A DNA stretch of 64,000 nt, from assembly GCA_963666055.2 (NCBI GenBank), contig CAXWPH010000015.1, positions 896,001-960,000 of the forward strand, in the 5' to 3' direction. This document shows, piece after piece, positions 18,642 through 26,935 of this stretch. Position numbers and translations under genes: made by a program. Each line of letters opens with the position of its first letter. The first letter of the stretch is position 1. Below the pieces are notes generated by a model. That model worked only from the letters and a program-made list of their open reading frames with translations, searched no databases and was not told the origin of the DNA. This DNA is from Acidobacteriota bacterium (lineage in GTDB: Bacteria > Acidobacteriota > UBA890 > WLXD01).

Positions 18642-19170
18642 GCAACCGACCACGGCCGCGGGTGTGTTTTGCATCCCTTCGGGGGCCATGCTGCACGCTG
18701 ACGAGATCGTCACAAGGCACCTTCAGGCCGCTGTCGCGGCGCTGAACGCCCGCCGATGGCGCTACCTATTGATTGACACCCCGCCGTCGCTGGGGCCGGT
18801 TACGATCGCGGCGATGGCCGCTTCTGCTGGGGTGATCGTGCCCGTGTCGGCGACACCGATGGCGCTTGATCGCGTGGCAGCCACAGTGGCTCAGGTTGAG
18901 GCCGTGCGCGCCGGGCTCAACAAGGCGCTACGAATTGTCGGCCTGGTCGTCTGCCAGGCGAAGGTGCGGACGCTGGTCTACCGCGACGTGCGGGGGATGC
19001 TCGAGGAGCAATACGGCGCGCTGGTGTTCGACACGGCGGTACGGGACACCGTGCGGATGGCAGAGGCACCCTACTACCGCGAGTCGATCATTACCTACGA
19101 CAACACCGGCACCGGAGCCGAAGACTACCGGTCACTGGCAATCGAGTTTGAACGGAGGGCAATGAGATGA
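18640..19170 (+). pseudogene. parA: ParA/Soj ATPase, N-terminally truncated
   Basis: LLIDTPPSLG, VIVPV and AEDYRSLA. The deviant Walker A (KGGxGKT) is missing. Confidence 0.8.
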
Positions 19171-19544
19171 CGCCGCGACGTGTCGGGCTTCAACCACACG
19201 CTGTCGACGAAGCTGAGTTGAGGGCCGCGGAGAGAGTGATCGCCGACACCAAGCAGACGGGCGAGAAGAAGAGCAAGGAGAAGGCGCCGCCCCCGTGGGC
19301 AGTCAGGATCGACCCGGCGGTAGTTGAGGACGTGCGGAACGCCGATGTCTACCTCACGATGCTAGCGAACGCTGCTGCGTCTGGGCTGACCGACAAGCCG
19401 GCGCCAACGACAGTGTTGGGCATGAGTGGGCTCGTTGAGGCGGCGCTGAAGCGCGAGTTGGCGCGGCTGTCAAAACGCTACAACGACGGCAAGCCGTTTC
19501 CTCGTCGAGTCACCGAACCTCGGCGCGGCCGTCGGGTCGGCTAA
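19167..19544 (+). CDS. Small plasmid-type centromere-binding protein (ParB_C-like)
   Basis: ATGA overlap with parA, and C-terminal LVEAALKRELARLSKRYNDGKPFP..RRGR. Confidence 0.7.
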   Translation: MTPRRVGLQPHAVDEAELRAAERVIADTKQTGEKKSKEKAPPPWAVRIDPAVVEDVRNADVYLTMLANAAASGLTDKPAPTTVLGMSGLVEAALKRELARLSKRYNDGKPFPRRVTEPRRGRRVG

Positions 19545-19691
19545 AGGAGCGACCACGACATTCGAGGCAATCGCAGACTGCCGGTCGCCGGCAGTGCCGT
19601 CGTGGCGGTGCTGCCGGCTATTGGGCTGGTGGATGCGGTGATGCCGCAGGAGATTCCCGAAGTAATAGATGCGTAGTCGAGGACTAGTCCT

Positions 19692-20138
19692 CTACGGTTC
19701 CGCTTCGTATGGAAGGCCCCCCGAGTCCAGGATGACGATCATCGCCGTGGGGCATTCCAGTCGCACGCCAGGGGCCATCCCCATATTCGCGGGGTCCATC
19801 GTGACGATGTCGTCGCCGAAGAAGATCGTGTCGGCCTGCGGCCCCGAGTCGCCCCCGGGTATATTGGGCCGGTCGTTGACGACCATCGGGAACGGGTCTC
19901 CCTCGAAAGTGCGTGTGCAGGAGCGTTGGTCTCCGTCGAAGCGGACGGTGAGCATTCCATCGCCGGTCGTGCCGCCTGCCTCGACCACGCGGAATGCGGT
20001 CGCGTTCGATTGGCCGCCCGTAGCGACATCGTCACCACCCTGGTTGACAGACGTCGGCCAGAGCAGCAGAACGACGAACCCGATGACCGCGAGCGCGATC
20101 ACTATGTGTCGGATCGACCACTTCTTCGACTCGGCCAT
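19692..20138 (-). CDS. Hypothetical membrane-anchored protein
   Basis: GGAGG RBS, an N-terminal TM helix and a soluble domain with 2 Cys. Confidence 0.6.
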   Translation of the reverse strand: MAESKKWSIRHIVIALAVIGFVVLLLWPTSVNQGGDDVATGGQSNATAFRVVEAGGTTGDGMLTVRFDGDQRSCTRTFEGDPFPMVVNDRPNIPGGDSGPQADTIFFGDDIVTMDPANMGMAPGVRLECPTAMIVILDSGGLPYEAEP

Positions 20139-20579
20139 TGGACCCCTCCCGGTTATTCGTCGTGCTGGTAGATGCTGGTAGATGCCGATACCTTCGCCGC
20201 ACCCGGCGACATCCCGGACGCGAGCTCATCCCAGTACGACCTCAGCGGATCTTCGATCATCGGCATGTCGATCAGGATAAACGGTGATCACCGGCTCGAT
20301 GGTGGTATTCGCCGATCGTGTACCCCACTGGCGCCGGAAGGGTTGTGTTCTAAAAGTCTCCTTATCGAACACAAAAGTGACTGCGGGCCGACGTAGCAAA
20401 GCGAGCTCGGCGCTACAACCGACGGCAAGTCGTTCCCGGCTCGCGTCACCGAGCCGCAACGCGGTCGACGCGCCAGCTAGTTCCACACCGCGATCGAGAA
20501 AGACCGATGATGTGTATAGGGGTCTCGCCGACGGACGCATGCGAAAGGTGCGGACTGGCCCACCGAAGAGGGGGAAGAC

Positions 20580-20936
20580 ATGAGGTTGATCGTGGCCATG
20601 ATCCCCGTTGTCTGGTTGTGGGTCTTTTTCATCCGGTGGATTGTGATGAGCCGCAAGGATGGTGCCGGACGGTACGCCGCGTATATGGAGAAGCACGTGT
20701 GGGAATACTGGGTCGCCTGGGCGTTACTTCACGTGATGAGTCTTTACGCATTCCCCGAGGCGCTCGGTGCAGCCTTTGCGCGGTCCCTGCCGGGGCTCGT
20801 GGCCGTCCTGATTTACATGGCGTACTGGAGGGGTCGACTGAACTTCGGGCATCGCCGAGTAGGCCAAGTGTTCTTCCACTGGACCTATTGGTTCAATACC
20901 TTGTTCGCCGTGGTGCGGGGAGCACAAGCTGGCTGA
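20580..20936 (+). CDS. Hypothetical membrane protein
   Basis: RBS, and several hydrophobic aromatic-rich helices. Confidence 0.55.
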   Translation: MRLIVAMIPVVWLWVFFIRWIVMSRKDGAGRYAAYMEKHVWEYWVAWALLHVMSLYAFPEALGAAFARSLPGLVAVLIYMAYWRGRLNFGHRRVGQVFFHWTYWFNTLFAVVRGAQAG

Positions 20937-20963
20937 GACACTCGGCTGCTTGATAGAAAAGCT

Positions 20964-21236
20964 ATGAGCGAGACGACAGCGTACCGAGAAAATCTCGCGT
21001 CCTGGATTCGCATCTACGGCCAGCCGTGCCCCGCCTGCGGATCCTCGAGGGTTGCGGTCATTCAATACGGCTATCCGCCGCAATACCTGTTTTCAGAATC
21101 CACAGAGGTCGAGGGTGGCGGCAGGATGCTTGCCGGCAAGCTCTTCAAGCTCGGCGGCTGCTGCGTGACCGTAGGGGAGTCTCCGGAGTTCGAGTGCCTC
21201 AGCTGCGGGGAAGGGTATCGGCGTCTACCGCGATGA
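20964..21236 (+). CDS. Small zinc-ribbon-like protein
   Basis: CPACGS..IQYGYP..LGGCCV..CLSCG. Confidence 0.65.
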   Translation: MSETTAYRENLASWIRIYGQPCPACGSSRVAVIQYGYPPQYLFSESTEVEGGGRMLAGKLFKLGGCCVTVGESPEFECLSCGEGYRRLPR

Positions 21237-21352
21237 TGATGACGATGGTGATGATGATGGTGATGATGATCGGCACCCTTGACCCCATGGAGCAGCCTGA
21301 CCCCATGGAGCTCCAGCAGCGGGAACCCTAACTGGGAACCGCATATATAGGC

Positions 21353-21381
21353 TTGACATTATAAAGGCTCCGATCTATATT
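21353..21381 (+). promoter_or_regulatory. Sigma70-type promoter of the TA operon
   Basis: TTGACA-17 bp-TATATT, 10 bp before the toxin ATG. Confidence 0.7.
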
Positions 21382-21391
21382 TAGTCCTGTC

Positions 21392-21742
21392 ATGACGAAT
21401 TGGAACGTCGAATACACGGACGAGTTCGGAGCCTGGTTCGAAGGTCTGGACGAGGACGACCAGGACGCTGTTGGCGCCAAGGTCGACCTTGGCGAGATGA
21501 TCGGTTCGGCGCTTGGCCGCCCGCACGCCGATACGGTGAAGGGGTCTAGCCATCCGAACATGAAGGAGCTTCGCGTGAAGCGCCATCAGATCCGTGTGTT
21601 CTACGCCTTCGATCCGCGCCGTTCGGCGATACTGCTGATTGGCGGGGCGAAAGAAGGTGACGACCGATTCTATGACCGGATGATCCCGATCGCGGATGCG
21701 CTGTATGACGAACACCTGTCCGAGATCACCCGGAGGCACTGA
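21392..21742 (+). CDS. Type II toxin, RelE/ParE (HigB/Gp49-like)
   Basis: LGRPHADTVKGS.HPNMKELR..RVFYAFDPRR.AILLIGG.K. Confidence 0.9.
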   Translation: MTNWNVEYTDEFGAWFEGLDEDDQDAVGAKVDLGEMIGSALGRPHADTVKGSSHPNMKELRVKRHQIRVFYAFDPRRSAILLIGGAKEGDDRFYDRMIPIADALYDEHLSEITRRH

Positions 21743-21801
21743 AGGGGGTAAGCGCCGCGAGGCGACAAGCCCCGGTAGCACACGACCGGAGGCTCAAGAC
21801 G

Positions 21802-22113
21802 ATGGCTAAGACGTGGCAGGAGCTCAAGGACCGCACGATGAGTCCAGAGCGACAGAAGAAGGCGAGGGAGCTGGCCCTGCAGATGCTGGCGGAGTTGCCG
21901 CTGGCCGAGCTGCGGAAGGCACGCGAGCTTACGCAAGAGACGATGGCTGAGACGCTCAATCGTTCACAGGCGTCCGTCTCCGAGCTGGAACGACGGACCG
22001 ACGTTTACGTCGGCACGCTGCGCCGCTACATCGAGGCAATGGGCGGTGAGCTCGAGATCGTCGCGCGGTTCCCTGACGGGGACGTGCGGATCACGCAGTT
22101 CGCGGAGGCATAG
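21802..22113 (+). CDS. XRE-family HTH antitoxin (HigA-like)
   Basis: LAELRKARELTQ..QASVSELERRTD..TLRRYIEAMGGEL, directly downstream of the toxin. Confidence 0.9.
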   Translation: MAKTWQELKDRTMSPERQKKARELALQMLAELPLAELRKARELTQETMAETLNRSQASVSELERRTDVYVGTLRRYIEAMGGELEIVARFPDGDVRITQFAEA

Positions 22114-22116
22114 AGA

Positions 22117-22575
22117 ATGTGGAAAATGGTGGCCGTCGGTGACGGCATAGAAGTTGACGTCGGCCAGGGGTTCCAGGCTCACTCAGTGAGCCTCGTTGAG
22201 CCGGGAAGGATCTGTGTGCATCCGATCGCGGCGAACGCGTCGGGCGCGGCGGTGCCTTCGTATCGGTTCCCGCCGATCGGCCAGACGGTGCGGATTCGGA
22301 TCGGCGACCAGGTGCGCACGGCGGCGATCAGCGAGGAGCACGACTCTCTGATGACGCTCACGCCAGCCTACATGCGGCACGGTGGCGACGGGGCCGATTG
22401 CCCGTTCTGTTGGCAGGAACGCGTACCGGGATCGCCGACGGGGTTCGCGGTCGGAACCGGCTTCGGTCCGCACCACAACGCTCAGGCGGTCCCGACGACG
22501 CAGCACGACTGCCCAGGTTGCAAAGAATCGTTCAACAGCCTCGAGTGGTACTCGCTCGCGCGCGAGCAACTGTAG
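22117..22575 (+). CDS. Hypothetical protein with two CxxC motifs
   Basis: Starts 3 bp after the antitoxin stop and contains CPFC and CPGC. Confidence 0.5.
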   Translation: MWKMVAVGDGIEVDVGQGFQAHSVSLVEPGRICVHPIAANASGAAVPSYRFPPIGQTVRIRIGDQVRTAAISEEHDSLMTLTPAYMRHGGDGADCPFCWQERVPGSPTGFAVGTGFGPHHNAQAVPTTQHDCPGCKESFNSLEWYSLAREQL

Positions 22576-23424
22576 CTGAGGCTGATGACATCGACGAGGA
22601 TGATTGGGTGCGGCTCGAGATGCCGAACCTGAAGCCATCGACCAAGCAGATCGAAAAGCAGGACCCTGATGATGGCGATCCTGATCGACCTGATCGCGGT
22701 GATGTGTAAGCAAAGCACCCTCTTTCGAGGCGTTCCATGAGCGGAGTTCTCATAGCCATCGTCGTAATCGTGATCGCGGTCTATCTCGTCCGTGTTCGGG
22801 GGATCGGCGTCTATCGCGACGATGATGAGTAACCCGGCAAACGGTGGAAGTGCGCCGCGCGAATCTTCTAGGGGCTCGCTGGTGAAAGGCTCCCCGGCCC
22901 ACCGTCCGTAGCTTCCGGTACGACTGGTACCGAGACGGTGCCCACGGTGACCTCATGGAAGGCGGTGACCCCATGGAGCTCCACCCTGCAGAATCCTGAT
23001 CGACCCTGATCAACGTAGGGGACTCCGGAGTTCGAGTGCCCTGGGCAGGTAAATGCCGCCGCACGGTTCGGAAGAGCCCGTCGCCGGCAATCGCAGCTGC
23101 GAGATCCTCGGGGTTGGGATCGATATCGGGCGACCGAGACCCTGGCGGCCGGCTATATAGAACTGCTCCATGCAGGACGTCTACCTTGCCGAGATTTCCA
23201 GCGCCGCGGCGATGGTGACCCCATGGCGCAGACTCCATGGAGCACCCCGGCCCCCTGCTCCCAAAGCAGCGGTGGCCCTACGACAGGCTACGAATCCGGG
23301 CTCATGCAGAGGCGGTTCGAGGGCCGGAACATACCGAAGAAGTACCGACGGACGTACCTCTGGTGCGATCAACAAGGTACCGGTAACGGCTATAAAGCCA
23401 ATGTCTTCAGTGAGTTGAAAGGAG

Positions 23425-23497
23425 TGGGCGCAGCAGGATTTGAACCTGCGACTTCCACCGTGTGAGGATGGCACTCTAGCCGCTGAGTTATGCGCCC
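23425..23497 (-). tRNA. tRNA-Val(CAC), CCA not encoded
   Basis: Cloverleaf: acceptor GGGCGCA/TGCGCCC, D stem ACTC/GAGT, anticodon arm CCATC-CTCACAC-GGTGG, T arm GCAGG-TTCAAAT-CCTGC. Confidence 0.97.
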
Positions 23498-23702
23498 ACC
23501 TGGGGTGGTCTGGCTCGAGTGAGCCGGCCGAGGTGGAGTGCCCAATCACACGGACTCAGCAGGCGTCCATGATAGCGGCCACGCTTGGGCTCGCCAAGAG
23601 CTTGCGTGTTGCTGTGGACAGCCGAGGGTGAGCCGTTAGTATGGCTGCTTCCATAGCCAGTGAAGTTTGTTCTCGATCTTGGTCCTCTAGGCAGGCAGAC
23701 GT

Positions 23703-24029
23703 ATGGATAACCCGGAAGACATCGCTCCTACTTCGGAGGGGCACGTTCAGATCTCCGCAACCGATGATGACCTCAAGGGTCGGTACGCCAACCTGATGTC
23801 CGTGAGCCACACCGCGGAGGAGTTCGTTTGCGATTTCTTCTCGGTTACACCAGCGGGTGAGGGGCCGCGAGGGCATCTGGTTTCGCGGGTGATCGTGTCA
23901 CCGTCGCACTTCAAGCGCATCGTCAGCGCGCTGAGCGACAACCTGCGCAAGTACGAGGAGCAGTTCGGTGAGATTCAGGATCCGCAGGGCAACCTGCCGA
24001 ATCCGGATGACATCGGGTTCGTTCACTAG
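23703..24029 (+). CDS. DUF3467-like protein
   Basis: GRYANLMSVSHTAEEFVCDF..SRVIVSPSHFKR..LRKYEEQFG. Confidence 0.8.
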   Translation: MDNPEDIAPTSEGHVQISATDDDLKGRYANLMSVSHTAEEFVCDFFSVTPAGEGPRGHLVSRVIVSPSHFKRIVSALSDNLRKYEEQFGEIQDPQGNLPNPDDIGFVH

Positions 24030-24058
24030 CTGTTGTTGAGCATGGCAGGAGGCGGCAT

Positions 24059-25369
24059 TTGAAACGACGTGACCTGATCCGGGCCGGTGTCGGCGCCGTA
24101 GGCGCGGGCCTGGTTACTGGGCCCTCCGGGCTTGCGTCGGCGTCTACGCCCCGGCAGTTCGGGTTCGCGCGCGGTGCCCCGGGCCGTCGCTTCGACGCCT
24201 GGGTGAGCGTCAACGTCGCCAATCTGAACGCCAATCTGGCGCTCGTTCGCGAGCGCGCCAACGGCTTGCCGGTGATGGCCGTGGTGAAGGCCGACGCATA
24301 CGGACACGGTCTTGTTCCCGTTGCCCAGACGCTCGCCGAGGCCGGGGTCGACGCCTTCATGGTGGCCAATACTCAGGAAGCAGTGGCGCTGCGCGAGGCC
24401 GAGATCGAGACACCGATCCTGCACTTCGGACGCGTGTTCGGCCCGGCGGCCGAGCTGATTATCGAGCATCGCCTCGAGCAGATGGTCGATTCACGCGACG
24501 CGGTTTCCGACCTGGTGGCGGGCGCCGCCATGCAGCAGTCGGAGGCGGTGGTTCATGTGCATATCGACACCGGCCTCGGTCGGGTCGGGGTGCCCTGGCG
24601 TGAGGCTTCCGAGCTGCTCAGATACATCGACGGCCGATCGCGTGTGCGCATCGCCGGGGTGAGCACCGCCTTCGCCGAGGATGTCGACTTCGATCGCGTC
24701 CAACTGGGGCGTCTCAACGAGATCTGCGAGCGTGCCGTGGCCGAGGGAATCGACATCGGACGGCGCCATGCGGCGAGCAGCGCAGCGCTCCTGGCGATGC
24801 CCGATGCGCACCTCGATATGGTGCGACCCGGGATTCTTTTGTACGGTCACTACCCGTCGCGCGCGGCGCGCGACCGCGAGCCCGATCTGGGGCTCAAGCC
24901 GGTGCTTGGGTTGCGCGCCCGAGTGGTGGGCGTGAAGACGCTTCGGCAGGGCGAGTCGGTGGGATACCACCGCGTGTACGTGGCCGATACGCCGCAGATC
25001 ATCGCCTTGCTGCCGATCGGCTACTCCGACGGCTATCCGCCGGAAGCCGTAGTGGGCGGCGGACACGTGTGGATTCGCGGCACGCGGTGTCCCTTCGTCG
25101 GCGAGATGAGCGCCAATCACTGCATGGTAAGGATCCCCGAAGGGCTGGACGCGCAGCCAGGCGAGCTGGCGGTGCTGATTGCCACGGGCGACGAGGCGGC
25201 CGCGTTCGGCGCCGAACCAGTACCAGAAGCGCGGAATCCGAGCATGGGAATGCCGATGGCGGAGATGGTGGCGGACTGGGCCCAGATGTCCGACTATCGC
25301 GTCCACATCCAGCTGAGCTCGGAACTGCCGCGTAGCCTGGAAGGTCGCCGCCGGCGTCGGAGGTTCTAA
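24059..25369 (+). CDS. alr: Alanine racemase-family PLP enzyme with Tat signal
   Basis: AVVKADAYGHG, DTGLGRVG, MVRPGILLYG and GYSDGY, with N-terminal KRRDLI. Confidence 0.8.
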   Translation: MKRRDLIRAGVGAVGAGLVTGPSGLASASTPRQFGFARGAPGRRFDAWVSVNVANLNANLALVRERANGLPVMAVVKADAYGHGLVPVAQTLAEAGVDAFMVANTQEAVALREAEIETPILHFGRVFGPAAELIIEHRLEQMVDSRDAVSDLVAGAAMQQSEAVVHVHIDTGLGRVGVPWREASELLRYIDGRSRVRIAGVSTAFAEDVDFDRVQLGRLNEICERAVAEGIDIGRRHAASSAALLAMPDAHLDMVRPGILLYGHYPSRAARDREPDLGLKPVLGLRARVVGVKTLRQGESVGYHRVYVADTPQIIALLPIGYSDGYPPEAVVGGGHVWIRGTRCPFVGEMSANHCMVRIPEGLDAQPGELAVLIATGDEAAAFGAEPVPEARNPSMGMPMAEMVADWAQMSDYRVHIQLSSELPRSLEGRRRRRRF

Positions 25370-25372
25370 GCG

Positions 25373-25921
25373 CTATTGCTGCTGGCGGGGCACCGGGTTG
25401 GTGAGGGTTCCGCCGCCCGTCGGGCCCCGCAGCGTTGGCATCATCTGCAGCGCCTGCATCATCCGGTAAGTCACCGGGTTCATGCCCCACAGACGAGTGC
25501 TTTGGTCCGGATCCTCGAACCACGACAGCGCCGCCAGCTCCTCCGCCGTTCGAGTTGGCTGCCCGGCCGCCGAGACACCGGCAAGGAAGTTCTCCGCCGC
25601 GTCCACACGGGCACGCCAGCGCTGCGTCCAGCTACGGAACGTATCGCCGCTGCCGGCGACCATCGAGATATCCCGCACCGAGAAGCCGCTATCCGCGGCG
25701 GCAGCGAGGCGAACGTCGATGAGCGTTCCATCACGCAGCTGCAATAGGGCGCTGCCGCCGACATCGGTTGCCAGGGTGGAGCGCACCTGCAGACTGTCGA
25801 GCGTCAGGCTTACGTCCTGGAGCGCGTACAGCACCTCTTCCGTGGTCGGTGAGTTCTGCGCGTACAACGGAGCTGCTGCCAGGATCACGGCGAACAGCGC
25901 GAGGGCGCGGGAACGAATCAC
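25373..25921 (-). CDS. Secreted hypothetical protein
   Basis: Clear signal peptide (LYA-Q). Confidence 0.6.
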   Translation of the reverse strand: MIRSRALALFAVILAAAPLYAQNSPTTEEVLYALQDVSLTLDSLQVRSTLATDVGGSALLQLRDGTLIDVRLAAAADSGFSVRDISMVAGSGDTFRSWTQRWRARVDAAENFLAGVSAAGQPTRTAEELAALSWFEDPDQSTRLWGMNPVTYRMMQALQMMPTLRGPTGGGTLTNPVPRQQQ

Positions 25922-26052
25922 GGCTGTGGTCCTGGGGACGGTGTGGCAGGTGGTAGCGGCAGCGTAGAATCCAGATTAGCACAGCCGGCGGGCGGGGTCT
26001 TGGACCGATCTGGACCACATCCTGCCGGCTGGGGTCTCCAGTGCGTCGGGGG

Positions 26053-26370
26053 TCAGTCCCAAATACCGAGCATCATTTTGACGTCCTCGGTTGCCATTGC
26101 ACGAGGGTCCCAAGGCGGCGTCCAAACCAGCTGGATATCGACGTCCTCGACGTCTTCCATCTGCAAGCAAGCAGTGTGCACCGCTCCCATGATCTGTGGG
26201 CCGACCGGGCACATCGGCGACGTGAGGGTCATTTTGACGCGCAGCCGGCTGTCTTCCTCCTCGGCCTCGACGTCGTAAATGAGCCCGAGGTCGACGATCG
26301 AGACGTTCATCTCGGGATCGACGATTGGCCTCAGCGCCTCGAAAACCTCTTCCTTGTTCGGTAGTGACAT
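26053..26370 (-). CDS. sufT: DUF59/SufT Fe-S maturation protein
   Basis: DPE..SIVDLGLIY, TLTSPMCP and WTPPW. Confidence 0.85.
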   Translation of the reverse strand: MSLPNKEEVFEALRPIVDPEMNVSIVDLGLIYDVEAEEEDSRLRVKMTLTSPMCPVGPQIMGAVHTACLQMEDVEDVDIQLVWTPPWDPRAMATEDVKMMLGIWD

Positions 26371-26435
26371 GCAGCGCTCCGTTGGTGTGGTTTCGGGCCA
26401 CAGCTCGACGCCGGTTGCTTGGTCCTGCGCCGTGC

Positions 26436-26918
26436 CTAGTAGGCCCTGACTTCGATGTCCTTGTCGGCCTCCACCTGCGAGACGAGCTCCGGGTCGTGCT
26501 GCGCCAGCGCCTGCTCGAGCGTCATCCAGGCGAGCAACGCACACTTGATGCGGACGGGGAATCTCTTCACTCCCTCGAGTGCCTCGAGATCACCGGGGTC
26601 GGTTCCGGACGGCCAGTCGCCGCCGCGCATCACCGCCTTGAAACTCTCCTTGAGCTGGACCGCCTCTTGCACGGTCTTACCCTCGAGTTGTTGCGCCAGC
26701 ATTGAAGCCGAAGCCACCGATATCGAGCACCCGGACGGCTTTATGTGCAGCCCGCGGATGCGGCCATCGTCGATGTCGAGGGTCATCACCAGCTCGTCGC
26801 CGCACAGCGGATTGAAGCCCTCGACCCGCACCGACGGGGCGTCGATCTCTTCGGCGCCGTGCGGGGTCCGATAGTGGTCGAGAATGACCTCCCGGTAAAG
26901 ATCGTCGAGTCCTTGCAT
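26436..26918 (-). CDS. sufU: SUF system SufU/NifU-like protein
   Basis: LYREVILDHY, NPLCGD, GCSIS and RIKCA. Confidence 0.92.
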   Translation of the reverse strand: MQGLDDLYREVILDHYRTPHGAEEIDAPSVRVEGFNPLCGDELVMTLDIDDGRIRGLHIKPSGCSISVASASMLAQQLEGKTVQEAVQLKESFKAVMRGGDWPSGTDPGDLEALEGVKRFPVRIKCALLAWMTLEQALAQHDPELVSQVEADKDIEVRAY

Positions 26919-26935
26919 CTGTTTGGATCCAGGCG

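Larger units (their letters stand above)
21280..23243 (+). repeat. Three pairs of TGACCCCATGGAGC-type repeats
   Basis: Copies at 21280/21298, 22948/22966 and 23216/23230. Confidence 0.75.
6619..23463. mobile_element. Tandem genomic island(s) at tRNA-Val(CAC)
   Basis: Same-orientation repeats of the tRNA 3' half at 6619 and 8955, with integrase, IS, par and TA remnants inside. Accessory DNA continues to the window start. Confidence 0.75.

Noticed and set aside
17790-18701. 303-aa plus-strand ORF
   Set aside because: It is a shadow ORF across the IS remnant and antisense to the DUF885 fragment.
21232-23243. CRISPR array or integron attC sites
   Set aside because: Repeats are about 14 bp and irregularly spaced, without uniform spacers. 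There are no cas or intI genes, and I saw no RYYYAAC/GTTRRRY boundaries.
25982-26031. Stem-loop after sufT as an intrinsic terminator
   Set aside because: The stem is present, but the loop is long and there is no U-tract on the relevant strand.
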